The notes under the pieces are model-generated. The model had not been told where the DNA came from, did not search any database, and saw only the letters and a list, made by a program, of their open reading frames with translations. Made by a program: the position numbers and the translations under genes. A stretch of DNA of 64,000 nucleotides, from NCBI GenBank assembly GCA_017540905.1, contig JAFYAC010000018.1, positions 42,344 to 106,343 of the forward strand, read 5' to 3'. Shown here in pieces: positions 47,201-55,214 of this stretch. Numbering within the stretch: position 1 is the first letter of the stretch; each line of letters begins with the position of its first letter. The DNA comes from Kiritimatiellia bacterium. Its GTDB lineage: Bacteria; Verrucomicrobiota; Kiritimatiellia; CAIQIC01; Lenti-01.

Positions 47201-50200
47201 CACGGTGGAGAGGACCGTGACCATCCAGGCCACGTTCGGAGGAAAGACGGCGAAGAAGACGGTGACGGTGGCACCCAAGGAGGTGCAGACCGTATCCTTC
47301 GACAGGGGTGACGGGACCGCGGCCGCGGCATCGCGCACGTACACGGTCGCAGAGCAATACGGTTCCTTCCCCATGGCGACGTTGGCCGGACAGGCCTTTG
47401 TGGGGTGGTTCACCCACCGGGTGGGCGGGACGCAGGTGCTGGAAACGGACGTCGTGCCCCCTTCTTGGCCCTCGCGGACGCTTTTTGCGCACTGGACAAC
47501 AGAGCAACGGTTGGGGTTCAATGCCAACGGGGGAACCTGCTCGAACATCCTGATTTTCACCACGATTGGCGGATCGTACCCGGCACTCCCGACGGCCAGC
47601 CGGCCCGGATATGCCTTCACCGGCTGGTACACAACGGCCAGCGGCGGGAGCCTGGTGCAGGCCGGTGACGCGGTGACCGCCACGGCGGAACGGACCCTTT
47701 ACGCCCACTGGACGAGGAAGCAAGTGCTTTACTTCAACGGCGTCGACGGGGAACCCGCCGTGGCCTGCCGAACCAACACCATCGGGGCTGCCTACGGCAA
47801 GCTCCCGACGGCGACGTTGGCCGGGCAGGCTTTTGTGGGGTGGTTCACCCACCGGGTGGGTGGGACGCAGGTGCTGGCGACGGACATCGTGCCGGAGTGG
47901 ACGCCGCGGACGCTTTTCGCGCACTGGACAAATGTGCAGACGGTCGTTTTCGACGCAAACGGTGGCAGCACCCCCGAGTCGCAGCGGGCGAGGACAATTG
48001 GGGCATCGTACGGAACTCTGCCGGCGGCGACACGGTCGGGACATGCACTGCTGGGTTGGTACACGAAAGCAAGCGGGGGAACGGCCGTCTCGGCCGGCGA
48101 CACGGTGACGGCCGTGGCCACGCGGACGCTGTATGCGCACTGGACGGACAAGCAGGTGGCAACCTTCAAGGGCAACGGAGGGACGCCGTCGACGCAGAAA
48201 ACCACGAACACCATCTATGCGACATACGGGGCCATGCCGACGGCCAAACAGTCCGGGCACGTATTCCTCGGCTGGTTCAACGCGGCCGTGGGCGGGAAGC
48301 AGGTGTACACGAACTCGACGGTCACCTTGGCCGCGGCGCGGACGCTGTACGCGCACTGGACCGACCAACAGGTAGTGACATTCAGGGGCAACGGAGGGAC
48401 GCCCTCGACGCAGAAGACGACGAACACGATCTACGCGAAGTACGGGACATTCCCATCGGTGACATGGGCGAACCACGTGTTCCTCGGGTGGTACACCGAG
48501 GCCTCGGAGGCGGACGGCAAGCGGGTGTACACGAACTCGACGGTCACGCTGGCCGACACCAGGACGCTTTGGGCTCAGTGGACGGACAAGCAGGTGGTCA
48601 CGTTCAGGGGGAACGGCGGGTCACCGGACGTACAGCGGCTCACGAACACGATGGGCAAGGCGTACGGCACCCTGCCGGAGCCGAAGCGCTCGGGGCAGGT
48701 GTTCCAGGGCTGGTTCACGGCGGAAGAAGGGGGAACCCAGGTGAAAGGGACGGACAAGGCGACGGCCGCAACCGCACGCACGCTGTGGGCCCACTGGACC
48801 GACCGCCAGGTGACGGTATTCAAGGGCAACGGGGGGACGCCCAAGACCCAGCGGATGACGAACACCATCTATGCCGCTTACGGGGAGTTGCCGACCGCGA
48901 CGCTGTCGGGACACGTGCTCACGGGGTGGTACACGGCGGCCGATGGCGGCAAACGGGTGTACACGAACTCGACGGTCACCTTGGCTGCGGAGCGGACGCT
49001 GTACGCGCACTGGAGCGACCGGCAGGTGGTGACGTTCAAGGGCAACGGTGGGACACCCTCGACGCAGAAGACGACGAACACGATCTACGCGAAGTACGGG
49101 GCGTTCCCGTCGGTGTCGTGGGCGAACCACGTGTTCCTCGGGTGGTACACGGCCGCCTCCGAGGGGGACGGCAAGAGGGTGTACACGAACTCGACGGTCA
49201 CGCTGGCCGGCACGAGGACGCTTTGGGCGCAGTGGACGGACAAGCAGGTGGTCACGTTCAGGGGGAACGGCGGGACACCGGATGTCCAGCGGCTCACGAA
49301 CACGATGGGCAAGGCGTACGGCACCCTGCCGGAGCCGAAGCGCTCGGGGCATGTGTTCCAGGGCTGGTTCACGGCGGAAGAAGGGGGAACCCAGGTGAAG
49401 GGGTCGGACAAGGCGACGGCGGCGACCGCACGCACGCTGTGGGCCCACTGGACCGACCGCCAGGTGACGGTATTCAAGGGCAACGGGGGGACGCCCAAGA
49501 CCCAGCGGATGACGAACACAATCTATGCCGCTTACGGGGAGTTGCCGACCGCGACGCTGTCGGAACACGTGCTCACGGGGTGGTACACGGCGGCCGATGG
49601 CGGCAAACGGGTGTACACGAACTCGACGGTCACCTTGGCTGCGGAGCGGACGCTGTACGCGCATTGGACCGACCAGCAGGTGGTGACGTTCAAGGGCAAC
49701 GGGGGGACGCCCTCGGCGCAGAAGACGACGAACACAATCTACGCGAAGTACGGGGCGTTCCCGTCGGTGTCGTGGGCGAACCACGTGTTTCTCGGGTGGT
49801 ACACGGCCGCCTCCGAGGGGGATGGCAAGAGGGTGTACACGAACTCGACGGTCACGCTGGCCGACACCAGGACGCTTTGGGCTCAGTGGACGGACAAGCA
49901 GGTGGTCACGTTCAGGGGGAACGGCGGGTCACCGGACGTCCAGCGGCTCACGAACACGATGGGCAAGGCGTACGGCACCCTGCCTGAGCCGAAGCGCTCG
50001 GGGCAGATGTTCCAGGGCTGGTTCACGGCGGAAGAAGGTGGAATCCAGGTGAAGGGGACGGACAAGGCGACGGCGGCGACGACTCGCACGCTGTACGCGC
50101 ACTGGAGCGACCGGCAGGTGGTGACGTTCAAGGGCAACGGTGGGACGCCCTCGACGCAGAAGACTACCAACACCATCTATGCGGCATACGGAACCCTGCC

Positions 50201-50843
50201 GTCTGCGACGCGGTCCGGGCAGGTGCTTGAGGGGTGGTATACGGCGGCCGACGGCGGCAAGCGGGTGTACACGAATTCCACGGTGACGCTGGCTGCGGCG
50301 CGGACGCTGTACGCGCACTGGACGGACCAACAGGTGGTGACCTTCAAGGGCAACGGGGGTAGGCCTGGGACCCAGAAGACGACGAACACGATTTATGCGA
50401 AGTATGGCGCGTTCCCGTCGGTGGAGTGGTCGGGCCACGTGTTCCAAGGGTGGTACAACGCGGCGGAAGGCGGCAAGCGGGTCTACACGAACTCCACGGT
50501 GACGCTGGCGGCCACGCGGACGCTGTACGCGCACTGGACCACGGGCCGGGGTTTTGCCATCACCGCAATCGCCGTGGGGGCGGATGGCGGGGAGGATGGA
50601 CCTGCGCCGCGGGCGGTCCGCGGAGAGGAGAAGGCGGAGAACGTCTGCCGGCTCCGGTTCGAACTGTCCGCGGGGACGGAATACGAAATCCAGTGTACGC
50701 CGTCGATGGCCGGCGAATGGGAGACCGTGGAGCGCCTGACTGCGGAGACGGACGGGGAAGTCGAGGTCGAAATCGAAGTGCCCGGTGGTGAGAAGGGATT
50801 CTTCCGGCTGGTCGTCTTCGGGGACGCCGGGGAAGCGGACTGA
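44217..50843 (+). CDS. Giant secreted protein (about 2208 aa): signal peptide, alpha/beta-hydrolase (lipase/esterase-like, GxSxG AHSMGG) domain, BIG2 Ig-like domain, then about 24 Listeria-Bacteroides (Flg_new) repeats
   Basis: Start set at MKRNTDLF (signal peptide with a Leu/Phe-rich core, RBS AGGAAGGA). VTIVAHSMGGLKAREYT serine-hydrolase motif. ISGPASVASGNSATYTCNASYSDGTSKRVSPTWTLYSGGSYGSITSGGVFTA BIG2-like segment. Many FxGWYTxxxGGxxVxxxxxVTxxxxRTLYAHWT repeats. Confidence 0.85.
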   Translation: MKRNTDLFLSKLFVPTLFTLFTLFVVPLLASSANAMTAEKAADLFLANNSVPQDVQRRNVPRSFTDKAPDATDICFVVKAGDSTAGNMGVTCGHGEDITFSIPIRRYYGTADQIQRLIQNGGLPKKAKLRMFVYDVDSAGAPSYGYSPEKDILYVNGGCKVGELYGADNEWREDEFEIDISNLKFPSSPGAVAENTFKIVVDYNNEGWITKVNWVALEIPAAPPVVISHGIRKKQGKPTLPDLVEEIEALGLPTHTFSYRQNGNSSIRDGASQLAGEIVKAKEMWHVDKVTIVAHSMGGLKAREYTTAFDPQGLSVDRVLQIATPNGGAELADIQQMTEIGLENPDLDPGMTAPIQFLLWLKDFTGPAYADLTVKAMAAYNKEHKLNSNVKYSVIAGDVGDGSDTVVSVSSAHTMVQPNTFSPLQLPYASHSGLVDKPTFGTRGCVGTTVACLKKDLLAKRGVKNQNSKRIQIQSNQYKKEVKKEQVYIQSGVQAAPLELTQIPISIKNSSPVRVWLFVENGDISSIKLVDSNGIEHQESSDGVYISMLDYCGIISLPNPVPGVWRLNFESSGVECRAWALLVHEDDSNIELNAKLAAETVHVGNAFSVSMKPMIDGKYQTGRSCVVIVRFPDSSSAVYRLQHIGNGVYSAPIPAPIEGRYSMVAQMTIDGKVYTSHFFGSAHASTATIGADAGSGPVDEDGDGMYDWLVAKIGIAGADASKAYRVLAELVDADGAHIEWATGTAEAGETFAELYFNGAVVFEHGKTAKYVITDVRLFETGDDWEVQTDARSNWLQLDGSTWATFNHELVSVAGTGSDSIVWPTGSQTGNLSVGLDVNFDVAITGAYNYSASLRASDGALISSAYGTTRLSSSVSEGIGTQRVSMTFSGADIIAAGKAGPWVVTDVLLWNSSNELSAEGEYETRAWSVGDFKTTTLSKLAISGPASVASGNSATYTCNASYSDGTSKRVSPTWTLYSGGSYGSITSGGVFTACETTVERTVTIQATFGGKTAKKTVTVAPKEVQTVSFDRGDGTAAAASRTYTVAEQYGSFPMATLAGQAFVGWFTHRVGGTQVLETDVVPPSWPSRTLFAHWTTEQRLGFNANGGTCSNILIFTTIGGSYPALPTASRPGYAFTGWYTTASGGSLVQAGDAVTATAERTLYAHWTRKQVLYFNGVDGEPAVACRTNTIGAAYGKLPTATLAGQAFVGWFTHRVGGTQVLATDIVPEWTPRTLFAHWTNVQTVVFDANGGSTPESQRARTIGASYGTLPAATRSGHALLGWYTKASGGTAVSAGDTVTAVATRTLYAHWTDKQVATFKGNGGTPSTQKTTNTIYATYGAMPTAKQSGHVFLGWFNAAVGGKQVYTNSTVTLAAARTLYAHWTDQQVVTFRGNGGTPSTQKTTNTIYAKYGTFPSVTWANHVFLGWYTEASEADGKRVYTNSTVTLADTRTLWAQWTDKQVVTFRGNGGSPDVQRLTNTMGKAYGTLPEPKRSGQVFQGWFTAEEGGTQVKGTDKATAATARTLWAHWTDRQVTVFKGNGGTPKTQRMTNTIYAAYGELPTATLSGHVLTGWYTAADGGKRVYTNSTVTLAAERTLYAHWSDRQVVTFKGNGGTPSTQKTTNTIYAKYGAFPSVSWANHVFLGWYTAASEGDGKRVYTNSTVTLAGTRTLWAQWTDKQVVTFRGNGGTPDVQRLTNTMGKAYGTLPEPKRSGHVFQGWFTAEEGGTQVKGSDKATAATARTLWAHWTDRQVTVFKGNGGTPKTQRMTNTIYAAYGELPTATLSEHVLTGWYTAADGGKRVYTNSTVTLAAERTLYAHWTDQQVVTFKGNGGTPSAQKTTNTIYAKYGAFPSVSWANHVFLGWYTAASEGDGKRVYTNSTVTLADTRTLWAQWTDKQVVTFRGNGGSPDVQRLTNTMGKAYGTLPEPKRSGQMFQGWFTAEEGGIQVKGTDKATAATTRTLYAHWSDRQVVTFKGNGGTPSTQKTTNTIYAAYGTLPSATRSGQVLEGWYTAADGGKRVYTNSTVTLAAARTLYAHWTDQQVVTFKGNGGRPGTQKTTNTIYAKYGAFPSVEWSGHVFQGWYNAAEGGKRVYTNSTVTLAATRTLYAHWTTGRGFAITAIAVGADGGEDGPAPRAVRGEEKAENVCRLRFELSAGTEYEIQCTPSMAGEWETVERLTAETDGEVEVEIEVPGGEKGFFRLVVFGDAGEAD
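47290..50550 (+). repeat. Intragenic tandem repeat region; includes three near-identical roughly 660-bp super-repeats (about 48340-50320), each encoding three Flg_new modules
   Basis: Long DNA stretches recur almost verbatim at about 48584, 49244 and 49904 (caggtggtcacgttcagggggaacggcggg...). Confidence 0.8.
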
Positions 50844-50896
50844 CCGGGCCAGACTGACACAAGGGCGGTTTGGTTTTTCCGTAGCTTCCCAGACGT

Positions 50897-50977
50897 GTCC
50901 CTCCCGCACGGTCGCGTGGAAGCGCGACCCGCAGCGTTCTCCGCGGGGAGGGACGCGCTTCCGCGCGTCCGCAGTGG
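50897..50977. repeat. REP-like double-hairpin element, copy B
   Basis: GTCCCTCCCGCACGGTCGCGTGGAAGCGCGACC ... GGGAGGGACGCGCTTCCGCGCGTCCGC. Near-identical to 409-492. Confidence 0.6.
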
Positions 50978-51144
50978 AAATGGCTGGCGGGACAGCGGCT
51001 CCCCGGAGGGGGATGGGATGGCCTGCCCCTTTTCCAATGCCGGGAAATCTTTTTCTGGCGTCGGTGGGCGTTTTGGGCTGGATATATGGCGGGAATTGGC
51101 GGAAAATGGAGGACAGTTTTCGTACCGGGAAAGGATAGAAGTCC

Positions 51145-52899
51145 ATGAAGAGATTGCCGAGCATCGTGTCCACCTGCCTGCTGGTCGCCGCCTGTTGCGC
51201 GGCCCCCGCGCCCGCGGCCAGCCCCTACCGCGTGCCGGTGCACTTCGCGTACACCAACGACGCCGGGGTGGGCTACAGCTGGTTCGTCGTCGGCTCCCAC
51301 CCCGACGTGGGCGCATGGGACCCGCTCCGCGCCGCGCCGCTCGCCTGGCACGAGGGGAACGTCTGGAGCGCCGACATCGGCATCCAGGCGGGGACCGAGC
51401 TCGAGTACAAGTTCGTCAAGCGCCCCATCGACGCCGCCGAATACCCCGACGGCAACAACACCGAATGGATGGAAGGCGGCAACCTCTCCCTCTCCGTCCC
51501 CGCCGAGCCGGACGCGCCCGGCAAGCGGGTGGTGTTCCTGTGCGACTGGCCGGAACCGGTGGAGCTGTGGTACAGCATGCTCGACACGGCGAACTACGAT
51601 GCCACCAACGGCTGGAACGTGACCACCATGAAGAAGACCGGCGACGCCCGCTACGAACTCGACGGCGTCGGCGAGGCCGGGCAATGGATGCGCTTCACCT
51701 TCCGCCATCCGAACGAGGGGGGGGATGACTGGTGGTACCACTACTACCAGACCGAGGCGGACTTCTGGTCGCCGCTGGACGCTTTCTGCATCCGCGACGG
51801 GCAGGTGTTCGACTACGAACCCGTCCCCACGGATGGCGGCTGGGTCTCCGATTCCCAAATCATTTCCACCAACGTTTATTCAACCGCCGAGGGCATCGAC
51901 GGGCGCGAAATCCGCATCTTCCTCCCGCGCGGCTACAACGAGAACACCAACCGCTTCTATCCCGTCGTCTACTTCTCCGACGGACAGAACGTGTTCCATC
52001 CGGGCGGGTCCTTCGGTTGCTGGTACGCCGAAAGCGCCGCCGACCGCGAAATCCGCGGCGGGCGCATGCGCGAGGCCATCCTCGTCGCGGTCCCCTGCCG
52101 CGAAACGCCCGTCCCCGTCCCGGGCGCCACCGCGGACACCGGCCGCCTCTGGGAATACCTCCCGTCCACCGACACGCTCATGACCACCGACCTACAGGGG
52201 CTCGGCGCGAACTATGCGGACTTCCTCATCCACAACGTCAAGCCCACGCTCGACTACAACTTCCGCACCCTTTCCGACCGCGAGAACACCGCGCACATCG
52301 GTTCCTCCGCCGGCGGGTTGCTCTCACTCTACCTCGGCACGGCCTTCGGGGACGTCTTCGGGCTGGTCGCCCCCATGTCCGGGGTCTACAACGAGGAATA
52401 CATCCCCAAGTTCCGCCAGTGGTGCCTCGAACACCCCGACGCCGTGGCCAAGCCCAAGCGCGTATGGCTCGACACCGGCACCGAGGAAACCAACATCGAC
52501 GGCCTCAACCTCTACGAATCCAACTGGGACGCCCTGACGCTCCTCCTCTACGCCGGGCACGCGCCCAACAAGAGCCTGCATTTCGGCGTCTACAGCGGCT
52601 GGCAGGGCGAACACAACGAACCGGCGTGGGCCCAGCGCATCGACGAGGTGTTCGACTTCCTGCTGCCCGTGACCGACGAAGCCAATCCGCTCCGACGCCC
52701 GGAAATCCGGCTCGACGGCCTGAAGATGGACTTCCAGCTCTACGGCGGCGCGAAGTACGAAGTGAAGCGCGCGGAAAGCCTCCTCGAACAGGACCGGGCG
52801 CAATCCGTCTGGAGCACCCCCGCCGCCGTGGATCGCCCCTGGACCAACGCGAGCTACACGGTCGGGGCTCCCGGCTTCTACTGGATCGAAGGCAAGTAG
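51145..52899 (+). CDS. Secreted esterase (putative esterase / esterase-D alpha/beta-hydrolase family) with two N-terminal CBM20-like starch-binding-type modules
   Basis: Signal peptide with a lipobox-like Cys. Two roughly 100-aa modules with the VxF...W...GxW pattern, then RIFLPRGYNENTNRFYPVVYFSDGQNVF and GSSAGG esterase motifs. Confidence 0.65.
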   Translation: MKRLPSIVSTCLLVAACCAAPAPAASPYRVPVHFAYTNDAGVGYSWFVVGSHPDVGAWDPLRAAPLAWHEGNVWSADIGIQAGTELEYKFVKRPIDAAEYPDGNNTEWMEGGNLSLSVPAEPDAPGKRVVFLCDWPEPVELWYSMLDTANYDATNGWNVTTMKKTGDARYELDGVGEAGQWMRFTFRHPNEGGDDWWYHYYQTEADFWSPLDAFCIRDGQVFDYEPVPTDGGWVSDSQIISTNVYSTAEGIDGREIRIFLPRGYNENTNRFYPVVYFSDGQNVFHPGGSFGCWYAESAADREIRGGRMREAILVAVPCRETPVPVPGATADTGRLWEYLPSTDTLMTTDLQGLGANYADFLIHNVKPTLDYNFRTLSDRENTAHIGSSAGGLLSLYLGTAFGDVFGLVAPMSGVYNEEYIPKFRQWCLEHPDAVAKPKRVWLDTGTEETNIDGLNLYESNWDALTLLLYAGHAPNKSLHFGVYSGWQGEHNEPAWAQRIDEVFDFLLPVTDEANPLRRPEIRLDGLKMDFQLYGGAKYEVKRAESLLEQDRAQSVWSTPAAVDRPWTNASYTVGAPGFYWIEGK

Positions 52900-53004
52900 G
52901 CGTTTGCGGGCAGGGTGGGGGAGTGCGCACCGGCAAGGTTCGCGTACGCCCCGCACGGGGGGCGCGGGGCGGCGGAGGCCGCGGGATGGGCGGGAGAGGC
53001 CGGC

Positions 53005-54084
53005 TTACGCGTTCGCGCGGATTTCGATGACGTCGCCGTCCTGGACGACGTAGCCCTTGCCTTCGAGCCGCAGGAGGCCCGCTTCCCGGCACGCGGCGTG
53101 CGTCTTCTTCTCGATCAGCGTCTCCGCCGGAACCGTCTCCGCGCGGATGAAGCCGCGCGCCAGGTCCGTGTGGATCTTCCCCGCCGCCGTCACCGCGTCC
53201 GAGCCGCGGCGCAGCGTCCACGCCCGAACCTCGTCCTCGCCGACCGTGAAGAAGCTGATCAGGTCCAGCGTCCGGTAGGCCGCCCGGATCAGGCGGTCAC
53301 GCGCAGGCTCCTCCAGTCCGTAGTCCGCCAGGAAGCCCGCCTGGTCGCCTTCCGCCAGCGCCGCGATTTCCGCCTCCAGCGGCGCGCAGAACGCCAGCAT
53401 CCGCAGGCCCAGCTTCCCGCACGCCTCCGCGAGGGCCGTGCACGCCGGGCCCTCCCCCTTGGGATCGTCCTCGCCCGTGTTCGCGATGACCAGCGCCGGC
53501 TTCTGCGAGAGGAAGCAGAAGCTGCTGATCCGCTTCCTGTCCTCCTCCGAAAGCTCCACGTCGCGCAGCGCCTTCCCGCCTTCGATCGCCTCCTTGCAGC
53601 GCTCCAGCACCTCCAGCTCCGGCAGGCCCTGCTTCAGCCCCCGCTGCACCTCCTGGCGGATCTTTTCCGTGCGCCGTTCGATCTTCTCCAGGTCCGCCAT
53701 CGCCAGATCCAGCAGCAGCGATTCCAGCTGCGCGGGCGGATCCAGCGGCTTGCCCTCCGCGTCCGTCTCCCCGTACGCCTGGACCACCACCGCGAAGGCG
53801 TCCGCCTCGCCGAGGAACGCGTTCATCGCCGCGAACCCGTTGCCCTCGCCGGCGTGCGCCGGGAACGCGACGTCCGTGAAGGTCACCTCCGCCGGAATGT
53901 ACTTCTTGGGGTGGAACAGGTCCCGCAGGGTGGCCAGGCGCGCGTCAGGCACCTTGACGGTGCCGAGCCGGTGGCCGCCCTTCGTGGCGAAGTGCGGGCC
54001 TTCCGGCGTCTGCACCAGCGCGTCGAACACCGACGTCTTCCCCGCCCCTCTCGCCCCGACCAGATACAACGACAAAGCAGCCAT
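53005..54084 (-). CDS. YchF/Obg-family GTP-binding protein with C-terminal TGS domain
   Basis: P-loop GARGAGKTS, coiled insert, and C-terminal TGS-like GYVVQDGDVIEIRA. Divergent from canonical YchF at the N-terminus. Confidence 0.7.
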   Translation of the reverse strand: MAALSLYLVGARGAGKTSVFDALVQTPEGPHFATKGGHRLGTVKVPDARLATLRDLFHPKKYIPAEVTFTDVAFPAHAGEGNGFAAMNAFLGEADAFAVVVQAYGETDAEGKPLDPPAQLESLLLDLAMADLEKIERRTEKIRQEVQRGLKQGLPELEVLERCKEAIEGGKALRDVELSEEDRKRISSFCFLSQKPALVIANTGEDDPKGEGPACTALAEACGKLGLRMLAFCAPLEAEIAALAEGDQAGFLADYGLEEPARDRLIRAAYRTLDLISFFTVGEDEVRAWTLRRGSDAVTAAGKIHTDLARGFIRAETVPAETLIEKKTHAACREAGLLRLEGKGYVVQDGDVIEIRANA

Positions 54085-54152
54085 TCGGAAATCCTTTCTT
54101 GTTCGCCCCCCAGTAAACCACACCCGCCCCGCCCGCGCAACCCCCATCCGGC

Positions 54153-54179
54153 GAGATTATGGAAAATCATTGACATTCT
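54153..54179 (+). promoter_or_regulatory. Conserved promoter-like motif GAGATTATGGAAAATCATTGACATTCT upstream of paralog B
   Basis: Begins about 52 nt upstream of the ATG at 54205. Confidence 0.4.
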
Positions 54180-54204
54180 TCCCATTATCCACAATCCTGT
54201 CCCC

Positions 54205-55122
54205 ATGAACACACAAGCCCCCCGCATCGTATCGAACACCGCAAGAACCCTCTCTGCGGTCCACTCCGTCTTCAGCGTCAACGCCACCGTGCGCGACAAC
54301 GACTGGATGCTCCTCCTCGCCATCACGCCCCCCATCCTCGCCGCCTACGCCGCGACCGAGGTCGGCGCGTGGGTCATCCACGAAATCGCCCGGCAAATCC
54401 GCATCCACGAAAAGCGCCCCGCCTCCCCCTCCCAGCGCGGGACCCCCACGCCCAAGGAACTCGTCGCCGACTGGCGCGAAGAGCCCCGCACGCTCGCCAC
54501 CCGGCTCCGCCTGGGTTCGCGCCTGGCCGACCTCGATCCCACGCTCGACCACACGCTCCTGCGCAGGACCCTCCCGAACGGCAAGACCGTCATCCGTTCC
54601 CGGAAGGGCGGGGTGAAAGGCTGGCTGGAAGACCGTCGCGTCGCCATCCCGTACTCCACGGCCATGCGCTACAAGAAACTCGCGCAGCGGCTCCGTCTGG
54701 TCCTGCGGCTGGACGACCGCATTCCCCTTGAGTGGCTGATTTCCGGCGTGCCGGCGGGGCAGCACCTTCCCGCCGAGCTCCAGAGCGCCTTTGGGGCGGC
54801 CGCCCGGCGGCTTGCGGTCATCCTGCGCGAGAACCCGACGCTGGTGGCGCTGGGGCGCTACGCGGAGCGGAAGCTCGGGATTGTGCGGTTGGTGGCGGTG
54901 CGGAAATCATGGGGGCGGGGAGGGGTGAAAAAGGGGAAAACACACGATATTTCTGTAATCTCGCGAGATAGGAGGGCCCGGGAGGAGGTCGAGCGGACGG
55001 AGGCGACGAAACGGGCGATGGGGCGGGTGCTGGAGGCGCGGAATCTGGCGGGGCGCGCACTGCATCTCCAGAACCGCCTCAGGGCGTGGATTGAGGGGTT
55101 GCGGGCCCAGGGCGATTCTTGA
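54205..55122 (+). CDS. Hypothetical protein, paralog B of the three-member family
   Basis: 305 aa, collinear with paralogs A and C. Track ORF 52915..55122 is an upstream run-on. Confidence 0.6.
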   Translation: MNTQAPRIVSNTARTLSAVHSVFSVNATVRDNDWMLLLAITPPILAAYAATEVGAWVIHEIARQIRIHEKRPASPSQRGTPTPKELVADWREEPRTLATRLRLGSRLADLDPTLDHTLLRRTLPNGKTVIRSRKGGVKGWLEDRRVAIPYSTAMRYKKLAQRLRLVLRLDDRIPLEWLISGVPAGQHLPAELQSAFGAAARRLAVILRENPTLVALGRYAERKLGIVRLVAVRKSWGRGGVKKGKTHDISVISRDRRAREEVERTEATKRAMGRVLEARNLAGRALHLQNRLRAWIEGLRAQGDS

Positions 55123-55214
55123 CGCGTCGTGCCGGTCGGGCGGGGTGCGCAAAGATGGTTCCGTGGGGGGGGCGCCGTTGGAGTGCGCCGGACGGGGAGG
55201 GAAGGCGGAAGGGG

